Shown: positions 11,940-37,960 of the stretch, one piece after another
Layout of the letters: the number at the start of each line of letters is the position of its first letter
Position numbering within the stretch: position 1 is the stretch's first letter
Translations under genes and position numbers: made by a program
NCBI RefSeq assembly: GCF_902459465.1
Contig: NC_047074.1
Location: forward strand, 11,656,001 to 11,720,000
DNA: 64,000 bases
Source: Asterias rubens
Lineage: Eukaryota
Direction of reading: 5' to 3'
Notes under the pieces: model-generated
Told to the model about the DNA's origin: nothing
The model's database searches: none
What the model saw: the letters and a program-made list of their open reading frames with translations, nothing else

Positions 11940-14900
11940 ATGGGCAAACGTGGTGAGTTTTTAAAAATAAATTATCAATCTTTATTAAATTAATGTTAAA
12001 AACATGTAAGTGTAGGAATAAAGCCATTATTAGGGAAGACTCAGGATTTGCCAAGAGAAATTAGATATTGACAGTGGCGGTAATTTTAATTTTTTAATTA
12101 AAATGATGATTTGTTGGGTAGGAATATAATAGTTTCATTGACCTGTTTAAATTAAATGTGTGTGTCCTTGTTGACTGCTGAGACAAAACTAGAGCAAACG
12201 GTGTTGATTGATTGAAGATGTCAGACAGATCTTGTATAAATACTGACAACATAGAAGAAAAAATATATATTTTGTTGTCAAACGTGACCAATTGGATCAT
12301 GGAGCAATAAACTAGACTTGCTCCATGATTGGATGAAGTTATTAAATGTCAGTTATATTTGATGTATATTGATGATTGACATGAGTACTTTTTCAAATCG
12401 ATGTCGTTTTACTTTAAAGATGCATTCCATTCCAACCATAAAGCACCAATTTCACTCTTCCCTCACATTTCTAGAGTTGCCACTCTTCAGCATGTGCCTG
12501 GTACACCTATCGACACCCAAAGCGATGGATCCTTGCAACAGCGCTTATCTGTCTCTACGGTTTCTTCAAAGCCATGAGGCCGTCCGAACCCTTCCTCACC
12601 CCGTATCTCATCAAGGTGAAGAACATCAGCGAGGGTGACCTGGACAATGTGGTGTACCCCTACTGGACCTACTCGTACATGGTTGCCCTCGTGCCGGTTT
12701 TTCTCTTCACCGATGCGCTGAGGTACAAACCGGTCGTGGTGTTCGAAGGGTTGACTTTCATCGGGACATGGGGCATACTGCTCTGGGGTGAAGGGGTCTT
12801 GCAAATGATATTCATGCAGGTTTGTTGATTTTATTTAGGGAATAACAGTGCGAGGACCCGGTCTTCACTGCATGGTAATGACCGGTTGGTGGCTGGCGTT
12901 GGTAACGGACCGAGCCGAAGGCCGAGCCGAAGGCGAGGTCCGTTAACAGCGCCAGCCACCAACCAAGGTCATTACCACGCAGTGAAGACCGGGTCCGAAC
13001 ACTGTTATTCCCATTAATAAATCCTTTTTTAGTGAATTAAACGGCTAAAACTGTCCTAATTTTGTGACTTTTCTCTCGGCGATACTTCCAGACAAGTTCA
13101 GGGGCCATATTTGAGCTTTTGATGTTTCCCATCTCTTTTGTGCGTTAATCACATTACTGATCTTTGAGACCAGTGACTCTTTTAAATAATGGTCTTTTCA
13201 GCGCCTTCACTGGGGTCAAAGGAGGTAAATGATTGGACGATAGCTGTTCTTTGTGCAGCAAGTGGGCGAAGTTGCAATGAAACTAACATGGATAAAATAA
13301 GCATGCGATACGGTGCAACGCAATGTATGATGATTTAGGGGCCACTTATTCGCTATTTTCCAAAGCCGGTCTTTATACCGACCGTTAACACTCCCACACG
13401 TGACCGGGTTTTGACCAATCAGAGAATTGAAACCGTCCAAGGTATTTATTAATAATTGTTAAAAAAGACATCTATAACAATATTTGCGTTGGGATAAAAA
13501 ATATATTATTTTGGTTAGCACTGTTATCATTTTGTTCCGATTTCTTTGAAGGAATTTACAAGCTTATCACTCGTGTGGGAAACCGTGTCCAAAACGGCGA
13601 CTTCAGCTACAGCTGCTGCAAGATCAGCGCGTCTGCCAGTGTTGAAGAATAGGCAGACGCGCTCAATCTAGCTTAGCTCTGTAGCTAATGTCACCGTTTC
13701 AGACACACCTCACCTACGCTCTTTGCCCTGCTTCTGATGTCTTACCAATCAGATCGCTTGCCAGGGTTTCCAATTATAACCCAACAGCCTGAATCAGTAT
13801 CAATTGAATTAATAAATGAACACTCTGACTCAAGGATATAACAATTTTTATTAATTCTCCAACCATTTCTCATCAATTTCACCCGAGAATTAATGTTTAA
13901 GGTCTTTTTTGCAAATTAAACTTGCAGTGATTCAATAATATATTCAGTAAAAAATGTAATTTTTAACCTTGTGGTGAAAATAATAATTTGGACACTAAAA
14001 AGTTCCTGATATCTGCAAATTATGTTTTTTTTCTCGCTTGCTTTTGTCAAAATAGTTCCTGTATGGATTCGCCACTGCCACCGAAATCGCTTACTACGCC
14101 TACATCTTTGCCGCCGTACCAAGAGAGAAATTTCAGCAAGTCTCCAGCTACACTCGGAGCGCCATCCTGACGGGCAAGTTCATCGCCGGCGCGCTCGGTC
14201 AACTTCTCATCTCGTTGAAAGTGACGTCATACTACGGACTCAACGTCATTTCGATGGTGAGTGTGTTCTGCTCGCTGTTCGTTGCTCTTGCGCTCCCCAA
14301 CGTCAGACAGACGTTGTATTTCCACAGAGGAGCGGAGGAGGACAGAGACAAGTCTAGGGATGCGAATAGGATATCTTCTGAAGATAGCAAAAGTGATGAC
14401 GCACAACATGCGCAACAGCCAAGAGAGGAGACTGAGAGTGGTTCGAATCCTCACCAAGAGACATCAACAAGTTTGGAGAGGTCCAGTGGGCGTTGTTCAA
14501 TGTCCTGCCGGGCTTTCCGGGACTGTTGCTGGGTGAATTTCGCTCCGATGTGGAGTGATTTTAAGAATTGTTACGGGGATTTTCATCTGTTGAAGTGGTC
14601 ACTGTGGTGGGCGTTTGCCACGTGCGGCGACTACCAGGTCGGGAACTATATACAGAACTTGTGGGAGATCATTTATAAGAAACCTGGGAACAGCGACTTG
14701 GATACCGATCTGTACAATGGGGCCGTTGAAGCCATCACAACGCTAACGGGTAAGGGCAAAGGCCTAAATGCATTACAGTTTACACTTGCAGTGAAGTGAA
14801 ACCATGCTGCTCTTCATGACCAAGCATCATACGGTCGATCTATGGCATTGATAAATGTCTATAGGCTGTGACACTTCGTCGAACAGGGTTTTGATACCTT

Positions 14901-17304
14901 TTGTAGTTCTTGGCCATGACATGAATCCCTACTCACTGTGTGAATAAAGAAGTATGTAGTATAAATTACCTGTTGAAGTTTCTGCTTCATTAGTCAACAA
15001 GTTGTCAACAAACACAGAGCAATGTTTTCAGGAGAGTCTCGTAAATCCGTAGATTTGAGATAGAAGTGAGACGGAAATCATTCTCGTGACATTGTATTAC
15101 TCTATCAAAAAACTACATCGTCTTAGCAAGTAATACTTTAAGGGAAGCTTTCTACCATCATTATCTTTCAACCATGTAAGTTTAATGAAAATCTGTAGCC
15201 ATTGGTCTTTTGTGATAAATACAACAAGATACCCAAACACTTTAAACTTAAATTCATACAAGAAAGACCACATTAATATCTGGTAAATGTTTCTTTTATT
15301 CCAGGAGCTCTTTCTGCCTTCCTGATTATGTTTGTACAGATGGACTGGCGTCTGTTTGGAGAGCTGTTGCTAGGTGTGGTCTCCCTCTTAGACGCTGCCA
15401 TCCTTGTTGCCATGGGAGTGACCGGTAACATCTGGCTGTGCTACGTCCTCTACATTGTCTTCCGGTCTTCCTATCAATTAGTGATTACCATAGCAACGTA
15501 AGACTGAGTTTGATGTTCGGTAAAAAATATCTTTTTGAATCTAGATTTAGGTAAATATTTTGTTGACACAGAAAAACAAAAACGTTAATCAACACTAAAA
15601 GAACAACTGGAGAACTTGTGAACTTGTGAATCTGTTTTCTGACTGTGAGTGTACCAGAATTTCCTTTTTAAGGAGTGTTGCTGAAAAAATGGTGGTTGAT
15701 AAGTCAAGGTATTGATCAGGGCCCAATTTTATGGCTCTGCTTACCGCCGAATTCTGCGCTTACGATCAGGATTCCCCGCTTACGTGCAAGCGCCGAATTT
15801 CTGCGCTAGCCTTGTAAGCGTAGAATGCCTAGTAACATGGAGTACGCATGCACAGAAGCTAAAATTCGCCGCTAACCCTTGAAGTACGCTTGCCGTAAGC
15901 ACAGAATTCCCTGCTTCCGTAAGCGCCGATTCTGTGCTTACGGTAAGCAGAGCCATGAAATTAGGCCCTGTATGCTCTGATCATCTTCAGGAGGATCCTG
16001 GACTCTGTTGCTAGATGCTGCTTAGTTAAAGCCATTGAACACTTTCGGAACGGAAACAAAAATTTGTTGAAAGACTTCTCTTGAAATATTATTCCAGGAA
16101 ATGCTTTACTTTTTGAGAAAACACTAAAACAATATCAGTTCTCGATATCGAGAATTACGGATTTATTTTAAACACATGTCATGACACGGCGAAACGTGCG
16201 GAAACAAGGGTGGGTTTTCCCGTTATTTTCTCCCGACTCCGGTGACCGATTGAGCCTAAATTTTCACAGGTTTGTTATTTTTATATATAAGTTGTGATAC
16301 ACGAAGTGTGGGCCTTTGGAAAATACTGTTTACCGAAAGTGTCCAATGGCTTTAAGTACATGTAACCTGGCTTGTTGCAGTTTAACTGGTAGTTGGTTGA
16401 CTGAAATTCATTGCTAAACTGATTTTGTTTCTTTCTAGGTACCAGATTGCTAAGTATCTTGCCGTTGAGCGCTATGCTCTAGTCTTTGGATTAAATATGT
16501 TCATTGCTATGGTTCTTGGCTCAATACTTACCTTCGTTGTGGTGGACTCTAGGACACTGAACACACCTGCAGACACGCAAGTAAGAAATAATATGAGCTG
16601 ACATTTCCTTTGCATGTTCATCTTCCAAATGGCAGTTTAGCAAAGACATTACACTTGAAGATTTCAAATGTTGTTGTATTGACCGTCTTTAAAGTAGTTA
16701 AGGAAACTGCAGCTGATTTCACGAAACGCTAGGATTAATCCTATTTCGTCCTGACTCAGGAGTAATCTTAGGTTTGCATGCTCTTGGTCCTAAGATTAAT
16801 CCTTAGTTATGAAGTGTTTGTTGAAATCGACGGCTGATGTGAGACATATGGGCAACAGAAGACATTGCCTGTTTGACCTTTGATCTGTTTCGGTGTAGCC
16901 AATCTCCATTGGATTTTTGTTTTTTAATCTGTAAGGGAAGCAAGGCCAAGATCAAGGGCAACAGAGGCAATGTAGACTCAGACCTGTTCCAGGTATCAAG
17001 TCATTAACCATGTTTGTAGCCTTTATGCAACTTTTTAATAAAATGTTGTTCTTTCTGACCTGTCAATCAGTTTGTGATATACGGAGGCTACTTCTTCGTT
17101 CTAGGCTGCGCCTTCTGCTTCAAGGCAGTGTACACCATCACAGCTTACGGATGGGGAGCAGCGTGGCGAGCCCGCCGAGAGATGGGGCGACTCGCAGCGG
17201 GGAACCCGCGGCAGGATCTCCCCGTGGTGCCTGTTGAGGCTGGTGGAGTCTCCACACGGTACAAGCAGTTTCAAAATGAGAGTGAACACGATAGTGATTT
17301 GTAA
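11940..17304 (+). CDS. SLC19A3: SLC19-family thiamine/reduced-folate transporter (SLC19A2/A3-like), ~534 aa, 6 coding exons
   Basis: Exons 11940-11952 (start exon inferred from phase), 12491-12819, 14056-14749, 15305-15497, 16439-16580, 17071-17304. Family motifs: LCLYGFF..MRPSEPFLTPYL, WTYSY, FLFTD..RYKPV, ATEIAYYAYIF, WSLWWAFATCG..QV.NYIQ.LW, YNGAVEA, RYALVFG.N.F. The A2 versus A3 assignment is not resolvable by eye. Confidence 0.92.
12835..13018. repeat. ~185-bp near-perfect palindrome (hairpin MITE)
   Basis: GGGAATAACAGTG...CACTGTTATTCCC arms around GCCGAAGGC. Similar hairpin elements lie at ~2930-3110, 9225-9350, 13585-13710, 20035-20192, 25850-26003, 28270-28842, 55483-55657, 56550-56670 and 58214-58524. 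Confidence 0.8.
15718..15969. mobile_element. MITE with GGCCCAATTT(C/T)ATGGCTCTGCTTAC TIRs
   Basis: Long TIRs with an inverted sister copy at 2121-2368. A related GGCCCAATTTCATAGAGCTGCT family occurs at ~36622-36860, 50281-50432 and 62277-62521. Confidence 0.8.
16030..16352 (+). mobile_element. TTAA-flanked MITE family 2
   Basis: TTAA|AGCCATTGAACACTTTCGG...CCGAAAGTGTCCAATGGCT|TTAA. Other copies at ~8482-8823 and ~60748-61013. Confidence 0.85.
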
Positions 17305-18643
17305 CATTGGAGCGATGGTAATATATAATATTAGCCTTCAAGAAAGACTCTGCTATGGTAGAAACATCAGGCCATAACTGATGTTTTCATTTATACCATC
17401 AATCCTTGTGGTTGGTAAGTTGTTTGCAATTACTGGTAATTCTATTGTAACAATTTAAAGGAACGTACATGTAATGTCTTGAGTTCTACAAGAGCTGTTG
17501 CTTTGATGCTTGCTTGGTTTATTGTGTCTCACACGTCTTGCTTATATAGTACACATACAATGTTAGATATATACTTAACAATGGGCTACTGTTTCAAGGG
17601 TACAATCACTGCATGGGGTGGTGGTCTCTATATGCATTTTCATTAGTTGGATCATGATATTGGAATGTGGATGAGAAACACATGTCTATAGATTGGGTAG
17701 CTCTACAGTGTTAGTGTGTAGTGCAAGGATACTACAGTACAGAATTGGTAAGAAACAAAAATTGTGAAGATCACAGATTTACATAAAACTTACATGGTCA
17801 AATGATGATGATAGTAGAAAAATTCCCTTGAAATATTTCTGTCTGAAATAATGAAAATATTTTTGGTGAGAAATAATTAATCTAACTTCGCGTTTGGAGT
17901 TTATCGCTCAGTGAGCGTTTTATTCATTTTTTGTTTTGGCATCAATGCAATGCAAAATTTTTAAGCGGTTTTTCACCATTCCCACTTGACCCAGATGGCC
18001 GATCGATCTTAAACTTATACAGGTTTGTCAGTTAATGTATATGGTGGATAGTGCTTACACTGCCAGCAACTGTTTTGTTAGCAAAAACCAATTCTGTTGA
18101 ATGTTCCTTTAAGTAAGACTTATATAAAGGACATTTTTTCAGCGATACAACGAGCTGCTAAAGAATGCTACAAAATTGTCTTTTTTAGGGTGAGAAGAGA
18201 ACAGACATGACAGATGGGTTTTTAATTTACACTTAAAGGTCTGGAGTGAGTCGTTGTGATTTGTAGAGAGAGAGTTCCAACATCGGGGAAGAGCAGCTGA
18301 GAAGAGAATTGGTCCCCTGCCCTTATGTAAAACTCGAGGGATTGTGAGTTTATGGGTTGAGTTTGTAGCTAATTTTATTAATTTTTTATATGGGATAAAT
18401 TTGCGTAGACCTACCCGATCCAATAACCGCGATCTCATACTTGAATTAATCAAGTCTATAATGGGCTTGAGCTCTCCTATCCCTCCCCATGACAACATTT
18501 TTCGTTTTGAAACAAAAATTAATAAAATGGAATTGGAAAGATTTCACACAGTGTCAACCTTATCCCTTACAGTATCGCCACGGAGGTAGGATTAGATAAA
18601 TGTAGGCCTACACACTGACCACGAGTCCATGACATCGGGTGTA

Positions 18644-18680
<37 letters not shown>

Positions 18681-18769
18681 GACTTGTAATGCGCACATAT
18701 CCACCCTGCTGGGTGTTCAAGGCGCAGTAAAACCAAAAACAAAACAAAAACAAAACACAACACAAAGAA

Positions 18770-19130
18770 AAACAGACACAACAAAATTAGTCATTGAAAA
18801 CCTGTGACATAAGATAAGTTTTGAGAAGAGACTTGAATTTTGCAGTACAAAGACAAGATCGAAGATTAAGTGATAGAGAGTTCCAGATGCGTGGCGCGGC
18901 TGAAGAAAAAGACCTGTCACCCCATGAGTGTCGAGACTTGGGTTCAATGAGGAGAAGCATAGAACTTGATCGAAGATTCCTTGATGGAGTGTAAACTTGA
19001 AGCAGTTCAGAAATATAGTGGGGAGCCTTGCCATTACACGTACATGTACACACAAAGTATCAATTTGTAAACCACACGGGAAAACTGGTATCAACTCTGC
19101 CAAAGGCTGGTCAAACCATAGAGTAAGGTC
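18770..19130 (-). mobile_element. L2/CR1-clade LINE 3' fragment (RT C-terminus)
   Basis: Translation YTPSRNLRSS..LL.EP...WGDRSFSSAAPRIWNSL..LR....KFKSLLKTYL is the typical L2-group terminal motif. A second, more decayed fragment lies at ~18190-18360 (LFSAALPRCWNSL..FKCKLKTHL). Confidence 0.8.
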
Positions 19131-20293
19131 AAACTAATGATGGCAAATAAAAAACTCTGCAAAACGTAGCATTTACTTCGACTTATAATGGTACAACAAC
19201 AAAATTAATATTCAGAACTTGTGTGTTTTTGTTTTTGTTTTTGATAAAGACTTAATAGCGGGTTGAAGAGGTCCTCAAGTTTGGTTAAGGCTAAGACGCT
19301 TTTAAAGAACTTCTCATGATTAATTACATAATAATTATCTTATGTACACAAAAGTGCAAGCATTGTGTCTACAGTGTTATTATAACGCAATTGTTAACTA
19401 TTTTTTAGATCAAACATGTATTTTTGTAATCAAGAAATTAATAAATCTATTTTTGCCTCGAAGTTTTACTCTCCAATTGCACCTTTGTTATCATTTATTT
19501 ACAGCTGATGAGGGTATTGTTTTATCAACCAAGATTTCACTTGTTAGGGCAATTGGCTTTATACTGTGATGGGAGCTGACAGAAATTAACTTTAAAAACT
19601 GATATAAGGGAGTTTGAAAAGGGGCAATACTTATGGGATTGCATCAGGGGATCATCTTTCTTTCCCCCCATGGGAATTATCAAGGATTGGAGGAGAATTA
19701 TTCTCAAGAGGGCGCTAACAGAAAAAGTTTTACTCGGTTTATTTGCCATAATTTGGGACAGAGACAGGGCGACCAGGGTGGGGGAGAATCTACTGCCATG
19801 ATCTAAAGATGGTGGTGATGAAATCTTGAACTCTTTCAATCAAATTTATTTTTTAAAGTTTTTCATTTTGCAATGGGCCTCCATGAACCTGCCAAAGATT
19901 AGATTGATAACAAAAAAGAAACATAAATTATTTTGAAAACAATAAACGTCGAACAGGGTGAGTAGAGTTGGTCTCTATGATCATGGAGGTAGTGGTCTAG
20001 GAGTTTTCCACTAAACACCGGAAAGAATGACGCATAGGCCCTTTTCGAAACCACGGCCTCGACTTTGGATTCGGCTTGAGGCTCCTTTCTCTCATCACAC
20101 CCAAAGCACGCGCATTGTCAAATCATGCCGGCGGGGCCAAGTTAGCCTGAGCCGAATCCAAAGCCAAATCTAGTCGTTTCGAAAAGGGCCATAGACTTGA
20201 CATAACACAAGAGGGCGCTGTTCAGATTGTAAAGGGTTAAAAATAGTGCACTCGATAATAAAATCTCTGGGAAAAAAGTTGCATCAACACAAC

Positions 20294-34237
<13,944 letters not shown>

Positions 34238-35545
34238 AGGGCACCCTCTACTGGGCAGCTATCATTCTTCGCAAATAAGGCAAGACGAAATAATAATCTT
34301 ATTAATCAGGTCGTAAAAATCACGCAACATATTTCAATAACAACTTTGTTGCTTTTGACGTTTGTATAATTTATGATTTTTGGTTTACTTTTTCTAACAA
34401 GCAAGAATCAATCTACATGTATAAAATTGATTGTAACGTTCGGCAAGCAAATATTCAAAGCTGGGAAAAAATGCATGTATTTAAAAAAAAAAAAATCAAA
34501 AACAAGTTGACAAGCGTTCTTGTATAAACCTTTTTATTTGGTACAAAATTATAAAAAAACATTTAAACTCAAAACACTTTATTGCATTCAAGATTGAACA
34601 TAATTCACACACATTATTGTCGAGGCACATCCAGCTCTCTTTGGAGGTAATGTCGACTTACATCGGAAATAATATTGGACTTTGTGTACACAAATCATGT
34701 TTACCTGTACTTGTCATGCATCATTTTGTTTCTGGCCTTGCCAGTGCGGAACAATGCAGACTTTTGAACACTTACATCATAATGTTTAAAGACGCTGGAC
34801 ACTATTGGTAATTATCAAAAACCAGTCTTCTCACTTGGTGTATCTCAACATATGCATACAATAACAAACCTGTGAAAATTTGAGCTCAATTGGTTAAAGT
34901 TGCGAGATAGTAATGAAAGAAAAAACACCTTTGTCACACTAAGTGCTTTCAGATGCTTGAATTCGAGACATGAAATTCTAAATCTAAATTGTGGAAAGTA
35001 ACTTCTTTCTGGGAAAACTACATCACTTCAGACGAAGCCTCTTCTCACAATGTTTTGTACTATCACCCTCTCCCCATTACTCGTTACCAATTAAGGTTTT
35101 ATGCTAACAATTATTTTAAGTAATTACCAATAGTGGCCACTGGCTTTAAATAATGTGTGTCTTTATTTATGAGAAAAGGTGCAAACTTTTGTATTTAACG
35201 AAAGCAATTGCCTGAAATTGTATTGGACTTAAATCTGAATACATGTACAGACTTTCCATAGTGGGCATTGATGCTTTAGAGCAAATGAATTGACCTGGTA
35301 AGTCTGCTGCCACCTAGTGATCAAATGTATCCCAGTTGGCACATAATTTATTAACAGCCCAAACACAACTGGTCTTCCTGCCAACTCATAAGTCCCAATT
35401 AAAATTGTTTAAAATCCAAGATGGCTGCGTGGAGGCCATGTAAACCATTATGTGGTAATAAAGCGAAGCATAACTTCTTCCAATGCCAAATCATCTATAA
35501 TGAGTGTTTTACATAATGTACCACAGATGCTGCAATTGCATTTAA

Positions 35546-35929
35546 AGGCACTGGACACTATTGGTAATTACTCAAAATAATTAATAGCATAACAACTTAC
35601 TTGGTAACAAGCAATGGGGAGAGGTTGATAGTATAGAACATTGTGAGAAACGGCTCCCTCTGAAGTAGTGTAGTTTTCGAGAAAGAAGTAATTTTCCACG
35701 AATGTTATTGCGAGACCTCAGATTTAGAATTTGAGGTCTCGAAATCAAGCATCTGAAAGCACACAACTTCGTGTGACTAGGGTGTTTTTTCGTCCATAAT
35801 TATCTCGCAACTGCGACGACCAATTGAGCTCAAACTTTCACAGGCTTGTTATTACATGTATGTGCTTATGTTGGGATACACCAAGTGAGAAGACTGGTCT
35901 TTGACTATTACCAAACGTGTACCTTCCCT
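35546..35929 (+). mobile_element. TTAA-flanked MITE family 1
   Basis: Full-length copy with TTAA on both sides. Confidence 0.85.
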
Positions 35930-37960
35930 TTAATAACACTTGCAAAATACATAAGGCTGTGATTATTTATCATATATGTGTTAAAATAAACATCTCGCAC
36001 AGTAGTGTAAACGGAGCTGCTACCTTATAAAACCATGGAGGAATCTAATTTATTCCTCCATGATAAAACGTATGTTCAGCAGAACTTCTTGATCAACAAA
36101 TATCAGCTGATAAAAAATATGCTAAAAACCAATAATAAAAACTACATACATTTATGACAGCCATTAGTCTGGAGCTCTTCACCTGTATAAGCAAAACTAT
36201 TTTGCACTAAGATGTTTTGTGTGGATAAGCATTTACATGTATATGAAATTTGGCCTTGATTGCCAGCCAAAATGGCTGTGGATGATACTTGTGGTTGGTT
36301 CCCGCCCACTGTCTCCGTTGTGAGGAATATGTTGCGTTGAGGGTCAGGATGATTAGCCTATATGTGTGCACTGTCTGGTTTGGGTGTACACAGACACATT
36401 TACAAAACCTAATAGTGCCATAGTATTGTACACACCATTCCTCAAAATGGCTTATTTTGGGCGAGTAGCAGGCCTCGAATTAGCCTACAGCAATTGACAT
36501 GCTGTCCAATGCTTGGTGCGGTGCCCTTTGCAAAGTTTCAATAAATTAACATTTTCTCAGTCATAGAAGAGCACCTTACAAGAAGAAAACTGCTGTGCCC
36601 CTTCAAGAACGAAGTTCAAATCAGGGCCCAATTTTATAGAGCTGCTAAGCACAAAAAATTTGCTTAGCATGAAATTTCTTCCTTGATAAAAACAGGATTA
36701 CCAACAAAAATTCCATTTGTTGCATATTTCTTGTTACTGGTATTCAGCTATTGTTTGCTTATCCTGAAAATCGCGTGGAAATTTGGTTGGTAATCCTGTT
36801 TTTATCAAGGAAGAAATTTCATGCTACGCACATTTTTGTGCTTAGCATCTCTATGAAAGTAAAGCAGTAGTTCCATTTGTGCATATCAACTAACAGACGA
36901 CTTATTCACTTGTGCAGACATTTGCCAGGCAGTTTCAGTGTACATACTGTCATGCATGTCAATTTTTTCCTTTGCTGCTAAAAAAAGGTAATTTTGTATG
37001 GAAAATCAATAGTTTTTTTTGTTTTTCTCATTATAAATCTTGCTGTATGTGTAAATATAAATGTTTATACATGTATATGAACAATTTTGTTGCTTAGTTG
37101 TCTGAATTTTTTGGAAGTCAAACCTGTAGTAATATTACTTCACAAATTAATGATCTTAAACCTTACTTGGTACGAAGCACTGCAGCTATTTGTAATACAT
37201 GTACATTGCATGTTGAGAAACAATTGCCTGTAAATGAATGTAGTTTAAGAGTAAAACAATTTCAAACTGAGAAGAATTTCTACTTTGCTCAGATTGTATA
37301 TCCCAGTTACAGAGTATTCTTCCTGCCTGGACACCACTACAAGATTTTCAGCATCGAAAAAATGCTACCACATTTTGTGAATACAAATGTTCACGGATTA
37401 GTGTCATTGTATTTATCTGGGATTATTCTTCTCCAAAAACCTAAGGTATACTTTGCCATTAAAGACACTGGGCATTTTTGGTAACAATGTTGTCAAAGAC
37501 TAGTCTTATCACTATTGTATCTCAACGTATGGATAAAATAACATTAGCCTGTGAAAATTCGAGCTCAATTGGTTGTCATACACCATGTAGTTGCAAGATA
37601 ATAATGAAAGAAAAAACACCCTTGTCACACGAAGTTGTGTGCTTTCAGATGCTTGATTTCAAGACCTCAAAATCAAATTTTGAGGGCTTGAAATCAAACT
37701 CGTGGAAGTTTACTTCTTTCTCGAAAACTACCTTACTTCAGAGGGAGCCGTTTCTCACAATGCTTTTTATACTATCAACCTCTCCCCATTACTCGTCACC
37801 AAGTAACGTTTTATTGCTAGAAATTATTTTGAGTAATTACCAATAGTGACCACTGCCTTCAAGCTTTGTTACATTGCCATGTTTAGCCTGAGCCTATAAC
37901 CAATTTCGGGACAGTATCGTGTCCAGAGTGTTACTATTAATGCTGGATTTCTTTCACCTA

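Noticed and set aside
19537-19900. Possible further LINE 3' fragment
   Set aside because: The resemblance is only vague, with no diagnostic RT motif, so it is not listed as a feature.
34300-37450. Possible extra gene between ATG16L1 and GAPR-1 copy A (YY1-like CAAGATGGC/CAAAATGGC motifs at ~35418, 36288, 36443)
   Set aside because: There is no spliceable coding exon chain or recognisable RNA gene; the region is mostly 3'UTR and MITEs.
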